Shown: positions 26,573-37,200 of the stretch, in pieces
Layout of the letters: the number at the start of each line of letters is the position of its first letter
How positions within the stretch are numbered: position 1 is the first letter of the stretch
Assembly (NCBI GenBank): GCA_009103225.1
Contig: RHPI01003124.1
Span: 187,757-251,756 of the forward strand
Length of the DNA stretch: 64,000 nt
Reading direction: 5' to 3'
DNA from: Chlorokybus atmophyticus
Taxonomy: Eukaryota > Plantae > Mesostigma and Chlorokybus algae
Program-made: the position numbers and the translations under genes
Notes under the pieces: model-generated
Database searches by the model: none
Told to the model about the DNA's origin: nothing
The model's input: only the letters and a program-made list of their open reading frames with translations

Positions 26573-26883
26573 NNNNNNNNNNNNNNNNNNNNNNNNNNNN
26601 NNNNNNNNNNNNNNNNNNNNNNNNNNNNNNNNNNNNNNNNNNNNNNNNNNNNNNNNNNNNNNNNNNNNNNNNNNNNNNNNNNNNNNNNNNNNNNNNNNNN
26701 NNNNNNNNNNNNNNNNNNNNNNNNNNNNNNNNNNNNNNNNNNNNNNNNNNNNNNNNNNNNNNNNNNNNNNNNNNNNNNNNNNNNNNNNNNNNNNNNNNNN
26801 NNNNNNNNNNNNNNNNNNNNNNNNNNNNNNNNNNNNNNNNNNNNNNNNNNNNNNNNNNNNNNNNNNNNNNNNNNNNNNNNNNN
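26573..26883. other. Assembly gap (N run)
   Basis: 311 N. Confidence 1.
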
Positions 26884-29540
26884 GGGGCTCTTTTATGCGA
26901 CAAATCAGCACGCATGGTGCACGCGGGTGTGCAAGCTGCTCCTGCTATTAAACTCTGTTATCGCGTTGCAGGCGTAGCGACTCCCATCTGAATGGCGCAG
27001 CATAACGCTCCACTGCCTGCTCAATCACCTGACGCCCAACTGCCGCCATACACCACCTGCTGGTCTTGGTGGTCTCGTCCATCATGCGTTCATTAAGTCC
27101 CTCGACATGTCTGTTGTACACTCGTGTACTCCCCCGCATCGCCATTTTCTTCGAGCTTCCACACAATCAGCTCGACGTTCCGTATGACATACAGTCACTG
27201 CCAGCCAAAGCATGCCAAGTATAGCTCGGTTGATTTTACTTGCCACCTAGTATGTTTGCTCAAGTAGTGGCACACATCTCGACCCGCATCAATCGACATC
27301 GACAAATACGTTTGCTGCAGCAGATCGAAGTTCTGCTCCGCGGATAGCTCTTGCACATTGCCGGGTTGCTGCGGCAGCAATGATGATAACCAACATATCG
27401 AGGACGGCGAGGGGCAACGACGTACTACGGATGGCCATATCGTGTTTGGGTTCCAACCACAGCCAATTCCCAGAGGTCTGTTTAGACCGCACTCAACGCG
27501 TTTGCTCCCACTTATTGCATACTTTCGTCACCCACCTCGAGGCATGCCGCATGCGGTGATGTGGCGCGTCTTGGGCATATTGTAGGGCGATCAACTCCTT
27601 TGCACTACAAGTCAGCCCCTTAAAGCATCTGCGCGTCGGTGCTTTAAGCTTAGGCAGCTCGTGCCGCATCGGCTGTCTCTCTGGACGATGCTGAGCAACC
27701 ACTTGACGCTGTAAACCCGCCTGTGTCTACTCAAGACACACGGTCAGCCCCAGTAAGGCTTTAAGGCGCTGTGCTTCTTCTAACGTTGTAACGATGCCTC
27801 ACCTTTCTTTTTTTGGTTATGTCAGCGTCCCTTGTTCGAACAACCTCTTCGTTTTTTTTGGGCCAACTTGCACATCCTGGCAGACGCGCTCCGTGGCATT
27901 GTCACTCAGAGGAGGTAAGGCGGTATCTTCTTGCTCCACAGCTTTGTGCTTGTTGGTTGCCTCCCGTTCCTCCACGACCTCATGTTGCTTTATGAGGTCG
28001 AGCATGAAGCCTTTGTCTTTCAGCGCAGCTTTCAGGAGACCTCGATCAATCTCTTTACCAACAAGACAGGCTGGGATCAATCTGGCAAGCTTAAAGGGAG
28101 AGGGCGAGCTACCACTACTTCTTGATGGAGATGCCTCCGGATGGTCAGAGTGCGGTGGCAAGTGAGTCTCCGCAGCAGGAAGGGAGGGTGCTGAATTGTT
28201 ATTGCGAGCATGTGGCTGCGGTTGAGGGGAGGCAGGATGTGCAGAACACTCGGCTACTTTTCGCCTAGCACACGAAGGCGAGGCCTGAGGCGTTGGCGCA
28301 GCACTCTGGGTCACAGCCCGTGGTAGCAGGGAATTGGCAACGCTATTCCGCCACTCTTTGATCAGGTCTGTTACCTCCGGTGGCACTTGCATAGGCAACG
28401 ACCATTGTTCGGTGCTTGCAGGCTTGAGGAGCCAAAAGTGTGCTTCTGGCTCATCAGGAGCAATGTTGCCCACCACCAGGACTGAGTTGAGGGCTTCTTT
28501 ATTTCCAACCTAAGCTGCGCTGCCGGGCCGTGGCACCCACTCCCCATGCTCGCGCTGAACGGTCACACAGCCAATCAACAAGCCCAGCTTGTTGGCAAAC
28601 ATGGTCATCTGCAGGTGCTCGACGTACACATCTTTTCTCCGCACGATCTGTCGCACCTTGGCCATGGCTATGTCAATGTTGCAATTGACATCAGCCAACA
28701 TGGTCGCAGGCAGTTTGTCGTAATACTGCGCCATCTCTCCCGCGGCACCAATAGCTCCGCAGAAGTTCAAGATTCTGCTCGCCATGTCTGCATCGACAGC
28801 CTTGGCGGTGATTTTGCGGAGAGTGTCCCCCCTGCCGTCGTTGTCCATGGTGTCCAGCATGGCCCAAAATTTGCTCGAGCTGGGGCACTTGTGATCATCC
28901 AAGACACTTTGCGCTATGGATGGCCTGGCGCGAAATACACAATGGTAGAAGCAATTACCATGCGTTGGCGCATTGAAGTGGTCCCATGAGGCGAGCTGGC
29001 CACCTAGCATGACTGATAGCCGTATGCGGGTTGCGGCCAGCTCCTTTGATGACTCGCTAGCAGGTGGTGACCCATGCTGCATGCGCATACAGCTGTCAAT
29101 TGGTGTGTCCAACTGTGGACGGCAAGAGTTACAGTGATTCATAAAGTACCGGAGTTTGGGGCAGACTGCCGGCTTCAATTTATAGCGGGTGGGGTCAGGT
29201 AGGTGCAGAAGCCACATCGGTTGTTGCATTGTGCTGTGGTCTCGCCGGTTGCGGCAAGAAGGATTATTGCCCCGCAATCACCGGTACTGCTCGTGGAGGA
29301 GATGGCAGTGCATGAAGGACTGGTGCCGCGGAAGGTGGTTGCGCTCTGGTTGCGAGGGGAGCAGGTGCGGCAGGTGAGACCACTTGTGCATGCAGCAAGG
29401 AGGGTTGTATACAGGACCCATGATCAGCTAGCTCACAATGTTGCAAAGGGCGAATACAAGCTTATGCAGTGCCTGACGCATTGTTACCAAGGCACGAGCA
29501 TAAAAGACAGTGATTAAGCACAATGGCCCGTGGGCTGCAT

Positions 29541-30077
29541 TGTCACAGCCCACTCGACCACAAAAGACTTGGTGCTTTTATGGTCCATTTGTGGTAATTT
29601 AACGTACCTTCCCGTTACATTCCCCCCCACTTAAGTACGCTGACGTCCTCGGTAGCTGGCGCCCATCAGCTGGGGAATCATCCCAGGGGTCTGATTTAGG
29701 GTCGGTCACCGGCCCCACCACCCAAGGACCGGCCAATGTAGGCCAATTTAGGCCCATACCGGTCAACGCGCGCATAGCGCGCCGCTGTCGGCCCCACAGG
29801 TCGCGTCGCCGCGATAGGCAGGTCGCGCCCCGCCGCGCCGACTGAACTGGTCAGTTCGACGCGACTGCCATTAGGCAAGTCGCGACCCATCGATGATGGC
29901 ACTTATAAAGTGACGATGTTATTGGATGGAGAAATAATGACCACGGAATTCGTGTGCAAGGCAGGAGTCGAACCCGGGTCTCGAACTCCGATGATCAATG
30001 TCACAGCCCACTCGACCACAAAAGACTTGGTGCTTTAATGGTCGATTTGTGGTAATTCGATGTACCTTCCCGTTATA
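29541..30077 (-). mobile_element. TRIM (miniature non-coding LTR retroelement), 537 bp
   Basis: 79-bp LTRs at 29541-29619 and 29999-30077 (6 differences); TSD TGCAT; PPT identical to the chromovirus PPT; PBS-like TTGATCATCGGAG. Confidence 0.93.
29964..30018 (-). promoter_or_regulatory. tRNA-type Pol III promoter (A box in LTR, B boxes internal)
   Basis: TGGTCGAGTGG (30018-30008), GGAGTTCGAGACC (29989-29977) and GGTTCGACTCC (29974-29964); A-to-B start distance 44 nt. Confidence 0.65.
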
Positions 30078-31333
30078 TGCATAGAGCAGGGGAAGCCATG
30101 GGGGCTGACAAGGTGGTATTGGGTGCACTCTCCCCGCCACCCTCGATTGCAGACTCGTCACGGAGCTCGTGAGCCATGGGCACATCATGCGCCATTGCCC
30201 CAATGGACATGTCGGGATTTAACAGGCCAACATGCATGTTAAACTGATGCCGCATTGCCGCCGCGCCCATCAGCAAGTGAGATTGAAGGACAAGTTGATG
30301 GGATTAAATCCAACTTGCATATAAGATCCAACAGGACCTAGTGCACTGTGGTGCTGTCAACCAATCACATGTGGGTTAGCTGCATGCTTGCGACACTGCA
30401 ATTGCAATAGTCAACTGCGTCACACCGTTATCGGTTGGTTGCTTCGAACAGTCACCTGCGGCATTGCTGGTTGATGCATGAATGATTGCATGGACTGCGT
30501 CATTGCTGGTTGATGCACTACTGGTTGAATGCCGGACGAATGGCCACGCGCTCATGTGCTCAAACCCAGCCTAGATCGTTCGGCACGCGCGCGCGACTTC
30601 GCACGCACATCATAACACGCAAAGGTAGGCATGAATTGGAGGTGCATGCAGTCAACATGCACAGCGAGATTGGCAACAACATACCGCCGCCCAGCTCTGT
30701 CTATCTGCTCTGGCTTCCGTAATGTCGGCTTGACTGTAGGGTGGGTATGGGTGAATATTGGAGGCCTGCAGCCACGCTACATGTATCACATGAACTGCGC
30801 TAAAAAACAAATTGCTCTTGCAAGGAAATGCATGTGACTGTTGAGCGTACCTCTGCATTCCTTTATGCTTGTTCCCACAGTCGCAATTGGTCCCGCATGG
30901 TTTTGACAAGGGCTCCAAGGACTGCAGCTCATAACCCACTCCTTGTTGCAGAAAGCGAGCCACCAAGCAGCTCTTTGTGTGAAGATGGTCCTTAATGGCT
31001 TGCCTGCTAGTTTGTCCTATGTTGGTGATGCATGTTGGACAGCCCCATTACTGACGCCTGCCATGATCCATGACGTGGCGCCCGGTAGTAGCTGGCTTCG
31101 CTGCTTGAACTCTTACGACCACAACTTCTCGAAAGATGTGCTACGCCGCCGCCGCCGCCGCCGCCTCCGACTCCTGGTCCTCCGCCTCCCAATCGAACCC
31201 AGGTCCACTATGCATGACATTCGACCCGTCATCGACCTGATGCCCCTGCGTGCCATTATCCGGCCATTTATGAAGCGTGTTTGGGTGAGTGCACACCAAC
31301 TCCCATCAGGGCTGATCGAGCAATGCCTCCATT

Positions 31334-31479
31334 GTACCATGAATGGTACGACAGAGCCATTGTACGGCAATGGCTGGGGTTGGACGAGAGATGCCTCTGT
31401 CGTACTATAAATGTTACGACACAACCATTGTTACCAAAGGTTATACGAAGCATGGATGGCACAAATGCATAAGTCGTAC
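31334..31479. promoter_or_regulatory. GTAC motif cluster 3 (divergent gene D / gene E promoter)
   Basis: Five GTAC cores in 146 bp, including GTACCATGAATGGTAC; a sixth at 31572. Confidence 0.6.
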
Positions 31480-31649
31480 CATCAACTATAAGAGCAAGAA
31501 CGCACTACAAGTGCGACTTTAGTGCGGGACACTAGACGTTTAAAACCACCTCATTTTCGTTTTCGCGCCTCGTACATTCGGGCGGGCCAACTGGCGGCGG
31601 CAGCGCCACTATCAGCTAAACAGGCGGCACCCGACTATTAGTTAGAGAG

Positions 31650-33477
31650 ATGCCTCGTGGTCCATCCGTAGGAGCACCCCGTCGAGGAGGTCGGCGCCAG
31701 TCGTCCACATTGCCCGCAGTGTTCAACCAGGCAACCGTCGCCAACCAATCGCAGCAAGACCCCGCGCTAATGCCCAGCACATCACAACAACTCCACCTGA
31801 CACCGCGGTCGCAAGGGCAAGCTAGACTGCATGCGTTCTTGAAGTACTCTGCACGTTGCTTCTTGCTCAACTTTTAACTTGGATGCTTGCTTCTTTCATG
31901 ACTGGCACAATGACTCACTGCATGCGCTCTGGATACACTGTGCACGTTGTTTTTCTTTCTTAAATGTGAGGGTTGCATCTTTCATGGCTGGCAGCATGAC
32001 TTATGTGGTTGTGCTTGCAGAGGGTCGATTGGAACCCCCAACCTAAACGCATTTGGCCGTGACGTGGCAACCTCGGCCGTCAGCAACCCTTCCCCAAGGA
32101 AGTGGAAGATTGGCAACAAGGTAAGCACTTTGTGACACTGTGACACTGTGTGTATGTGTGTAACGGATTGTTCTTCTGTGGACAGCATTTGCGAGATGCC
32201 GTCGTTGAAATCATAAACGGCCACTTAGTAGAAAGCCACATTTATCCCAAGGAGGACACTATTCGTAACGTCATGTATCAGGTGCTGTAAATGCTTCATG
32301 ACCTCACTGCACCGTGACGCTGACCAACCTGCCCGTGACAGGTAGTTGGCTTCGACCATGACGACGAGGCCGATGCGGCCAAGTTCTATGAGAGGTGTAT
32401 TGGACGCCCAAGGAGTGCCCCTTCCACTGGAGTGTCGCCTTAAAGAAAGCTACGCAGGTCCGATCTCAGAACGTCACCAAGATTAAGCATGTTCTTGAGA
32501 AGGAGTACACGTGGACACTGTTTAACAGCAACAAGCGCAAGTGAGTTGGGTCCCTCACCACCATGTATGCTATGCAACACTGCCTTCTTACTCAGCCTCT
32601 ATACACACGTACGCATCTCGCCTATTGTAACCGATTCAATTAGGCACATCGACGCCCTAATGGACCCCGAGACCCAAAAAGCCCAGATGCAACGCGCTCC
32701 AAAGCAAGTCACAGGCACTATTCTAGCCTGGTGCAGGCTCAACTTGAACTATCTACATCGTGACTAATGCCTTGTTGGTATGATTGTCGTAGACATGTCA
32801 TGGCGGAGATTTGAGGTGATCAACAATGCAGACCCGGAGCGGAGGAGATACATTCATGAATGGGGCAATCCCATAATCTGGCAAATGATTGTGCAATGCT
32901 GGTCTTACGCCGTCACTACGCCTGGTCGCCGGCAGCTTACAGTCAACCACCTCGCATACCTGTTGCTTACGGTGAGCACTTTGAACTCAATCATTGGCAA
33001 TTCAGGAATGCGATAGCCCCAAACTATAGGCTTGCAGACGCGCTGCAGTGAATAGTGGCTTTCGATGCCACTAAGACATGCCTGTAAACTACGCAGATGG
33101 AGCGCATCTTAAAGGGCAAGGATGGAGACCCTCTCCTAGCTGCCATCCTCGACACACATAAAGAGTACCTCAGCAAAATCAACACCATAATCATGTCAGT
33201 AAAGCGGGAGATGAGGCAACAGTACGCAGCCCTCAAGCCATTCACCCTTGTGAAACGCCGCACTGCATCTTGTGTCGAATACCTGAAATATCTCAATCGG
33301 CGCCAGCCGCATCAGACAGCAGCTTGTGACCCGCTCGCTAAGGCAGAAGCGGCATTCAATTGGCTAGCGGAACCGTTTAATGAGGAAGAGCAAGCTCCAG
33401 CGTCTCCTCCACAGGCTCTAGCGCGTAGTGCTTTGTTCCATGATGACGAGCAAAGCGATAATGGAGAAGAGCTGTAG
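31650..33477 (+). pseudogene. Transposon cargo gene E: multi-exon, DUF6532-like partner protein candidate
   Basis: Canonical splice sites link MPRGPSVGAPRRGG.., HLRDAVVEIINGH.., WGNPIIWQMIVQCW..LTVNHLAYLLLT|MERILKG..; one frameshift and one TAA. Family call is by eye. Confidence 0.5.
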
Positions 33478-33804
33478 TGCAGTTGGTAGTCCGTTTAGCT
33501 GGTTGTGTACATAGCTGAAACGCTCTTGTGACTGAGTGTTGTGCATCTTAAACCAGCTCAGTGAATCGTCATTATGCTCATGCATGTCGATACTTGCATC
33601 CCTATGATATACAACAGAACTGCAGGCATTCGAGTCACATAATTGAACCACAAGCCTTGGCAAGTGACTGAGAGACACTGTACACATTTCAGGTACCCGT
33701 AGACAGCACGTGCATCACGATGCTGGCAGTCAGTGACAGTCGCGTGTAGTCATGCTATGCAAATACATAACGACAGTTAGGCATCAGTCACCTTCAGTTG
33801 CTTA

Positions 33805-34150
33805 AAGAATGCCTTATTTAATCGATAACTACCTAGTGGGTGCTTGTGAATTAGGCTTGGTCGCCTGCGCTGAACTAGTGTGTAACCTGCAGGTGTCTGT
33901 CACATAAGCTGAGTCACCTCAGTAAGTCTAAAGTGCAATTTGCAAGTGCCTGCTAATCAGGTGTAGTCACCTGTTAAGGCCTGATGTGTAACTTACAGGT
34001 GCCCGTTGACTAGTTGTAGTCACTTGTTAAGGCCTGATAAGTAACTAACACATGGCCGTTAATTAGGCATAATCACCTGCTAAGGCCTGATAGGTAACTA
34101 ACAGGCGCCTGTTAATTAGGCATACTCAACTGCCAAAGACTAAATTGTAA
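33805..34150. repeat. 53-bp subterminal tandem array, about 6 diverging units
   Basis: Unit starts at 33858, 33911, 33964, 34017, 34070 and 34123 (TAGTCACCTGTTAAGGCCTGAT..GTAAC). Confidence 0.85.
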
Positions 34151-34299
34151 CGGAAAGGGCCTGATAGTAACGGAAGTTACTATTAGGTCCTTGTATCGAG
34201 ATTACAGGTGGATTGAGCCACAACAGGCTAAATCAGTATTCTCAGGTGCACGGCCGTTGGCAATATTTAGTCGGCCGGCAGGGGAAACATATTGCGACA

Positions 34300-37200
34300 G
34301 AGTCTGAGGCATACCCATGTAAAACAGCTTGCACAAACTCATCATTAGGGGGCATGTACCCTGCGTCGCAAGCAATAGCGCACGCATAGCTGCCAACAAT
34401 GACAGACAGCGACTCAGAGGATCTGCCACATTGGTCCTACCAGGCCGATGTACCCATTCAAAAGTGAATTGCGACAGAAACTCATTCCAGCAAGCTTGCC
34501 TATGTGACAAGTTCAGCAGTGTTGAGAAGTACACCAATGGGTTGTGATCAGTCACCACTGTGAACTACTCTCCCTCCAAGTAATATTGCCATGTTTTAAG
34601 AGCATGCACTATACCAAGCAATTCTTGCTCAGTGGTAGTGTAGTTCACCTCTGCTTGGATGAATTTTCTACCCTGATAAGCACATTGTCTGCCATTCTGC
34701 AGCAAGACTGCACCATATCCAACGGGTGGAGGCATCGCTCACCGCAGTGAAGTGTTTATCCCAATTTGGCAATGCCAATACTGTATAGTGACTAGTGCTG
34801 AAGGCCAACTTCACTTGCTGCATAGCAGCTTCAAGCAGTTCCTGTGCTGCTGTCCAAGAGAATGGGGCATCCTTTCGCAACAGTTTAGTTAGAGGCACCA
34901 CAATTTCACTTGTTGCAGCAGCTTCAAGAAGTTCTTGTGCTGTCGTCCAAGAGAATGGGGCATCCTTTTGCAACAGTTTGGTCAGAAGCACCACAGCTTC
35001 AGAGTACCCCATCATAAACTTGCAAAAATACTTTGCCAACCTCAAGAATGATCGCAGCTGATGGATATTCTTGGGTTGAAGCCATTCTTTAACCACTTGC
35101 GCTTTGCGAGGGTCAATTTTAACACCCTCACCACTGACAATGTGCCCGAAGAATGGCAACTCTGACTTGCAAAAGTTACACTTTGACAAGCTGGCAAATA
35201 AGCGGTGTGTTTGCAGTAAAGCAAACACCGCTTCCAGATGCCTCTTGTGCTCTTCTTTTATTTTACTGAAGGGGATAATGTCATCCAAGTAAATCATAAG
35301 CTTTCCAGCATGTTACAAAAAATCTTATTCATTTTCTTCTGAAACACCGCAGGTGCATTTGTCAATCCAACGAGTAATACTTTGTATTTATAATGACCTG
35401 AGGGCGTTCTCAATGCCGTTTTATGGATAACAGAAGGGTGAATACGGAGTTAATAATATCCACTTGTCAAGTCTAGCGAACTAAAATACGCATTACCCAA
35501 CAGCTTATCAAGCACAGCATTAATCCGCGGCAACGGGTATCAATTCTTTACCGTGATCTTGTTCAAAACACGATAATCTACACACATGCGCAATTTCCCA
35601 TTCTTTTTTGTCACAAACAAGATGGGTGCGCCAAAGGGTGAAGCACTTAGTTCAATCAATCCCTTTTCCAACAACTCCTTAATTTGCGTTTCCATTTCCT
35701 CCCTCTCATTGGGGCTTAGCCTATATTTCGGCCAAAACGGAGGTTCACTATCAGGAATCAACGGTATGGTGTATCCGACACCTCGATTGGGGGGTAAGCC
35801 TAGCAACTCATCTGAGAGGAGAGAGATTATGTTTTAATACTTTTCAATCATGTCTGCAGCACCTTTCATATTGCCTGGCACAAAGTCGTCAGACGACGCT
35901 AAGTGCATCGCAAAAGCCTATGTGTTTTTGCGGAATGCACGCTTCACTTGCAGTGCAGTGAGAAGCGCGGGGTCAGGTTGCTTATGTTCCAGGCTATGTG
36001 ACCCTATCACAGACAGCGTTATACGCTTACGGCCCTTTTTCACTATGCACAATCGTGCACGAGTATCCAATGTCAGCCCTTACTTTTTAGGAGGCAACCG
36101 CCCCAGTTAAACTACCCACCATGCAATGTCCCTATACTAAATTAAAATCAAAGACATTTAAATAATTTTGACAGGTTAGGAAACACGGATAAAAAGGGTG
36201 GTATTTCAAGGCCGTATAGCTACTAATCCCCTCTTTAATTAAAAAGAGGGGATTAGTAGATTACTCCCACCTATCCTACACAATCAACTCCTATTTCCAT
36301 TGCAAAGTTATAGTAAAGGTGCACGGGGTCTTACCGTCTAGCCGTTGCCATTATCCTGCCATTCCTGTTCTAGTACCACATCGACACCAACTATGTTAAT
36401 GGACACTACTATGAAGGTGCGGTTGGCATGATAACTACCAATCTTTACCTTCAGTTTGATTCTCCTTTCACAAACAATGCACCCCAGCACCGGCATGTGA
36501 AAATGCTGAGGGTTTACACATTATTTTATTGCGCACAGCCCGTTGCTCCTCAACGAAGTTGTGTGTCCACCAGCGTCAATCATAAACAAACTATTTTCAC
36601 CCTGCATTGTGCCACTGAATGTTTGCAACAAAGGTACCACTCGTCTTTGAAAGGTAGCCAAGCGTTCGTAACTAATGCGGGGGGGTGATCAGAATTGCTA
36701 ACAATCGTACTGTCCTTGTTTAACGCTTGCCGAACTGTTTTAACACAATACCCCCCCGAGTATGCTTCAACCATGGGCCATGATATTTTGGCACCATCAC
36801 CAGCATACTCAAGGTTTTGTGCTTATTTTGCAACACAGTCAATGCATGCAACACATCGGTAAGCATGTTGAACTTTACATGTGCCAGCAGACAAGCATTT
36901 TCTGCCACTTTTTCAATATCGAAAAATGGCAGCTTGTCATGTGCTTGTTATGCATGTGTCATCACATGCATTTGGGACAGATCATTAAACCAGTTTGCTG
37001 CATGCATCCCAAGCAACTGGCTATCATCCATTTTTACATCAGTCACGAAGTAATCCTATTCAGCTTTCTTGGCCTTGCCCTTCGCCTTGTTTGGGCAGTT
37101 CTTCGCAATGTGGCCCGGCTGACGGCACATGAAACAATTGCGAGCCGCAGCAGGCGCGACACCACCTGTAGCACCTGTAGCACCAGTGGGGGCGTGTAAG

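Larger units (their letters stand above)
26950..31215 (-). pseudogene. Transposon cargo gene D: C2HC finger plus OTU-like cysteine protease domain(s), decayed, interrupted by the TRIM
   Basis: WGCPTC..RQAIKDHLHTKSC near 31040; HFNAPTHGNCFYHCV..YVEHLQMTMFANKLGLLIGCV in ORF 28510-29277; a second frameshifted OTU-like stretch at 27130-27360. Whether this is one gene is inferred. Confidence 0.55.
17426..34299 (+). mobile_element. Giant Plavaka-type (CACTA-related) DNA transposon, 16,874 bp (about 12.3 kb without nested inserts)
   Basis: Ends CGTCGCAAAATTT and (rc) TGTCGCAATATGT; GA duplicated at 17424-25 and 34300-01. Removing it restores a gapless host pol frame (GYASDSWILGEKNVQKL vs young copy GYAFDPWFSSEDNVQKL). 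Internal Plavaka-like transposase. Confidence 0.85.

Noticed and set aside
27000-27400. Helitron Rep motif (NVFVD..HYLSK..STELYL)
   Set aside because: No HUH motif or helicase nearby, and an OTU reading fits as well; left as an unresolved alternative.
29955-30025. Genuine tRNA gene
   Set aside because: A and B boxes are present, but the acceptor and anticodon stems do not pair.
32740-33050. Ulp1/C48 SUMO protease (IVVDMSWRRFEV; NLANDCAML)
   Set aside because: The two motifs are in different frames with no catalytic His-Trp. The continuous frame ends at a GT donor and fits gene E better.
33805-34150. CRISPR-like array
   Set aside because: Eukaryotic context; units are whole-length tandem copies without unique spacers; no cas genes.
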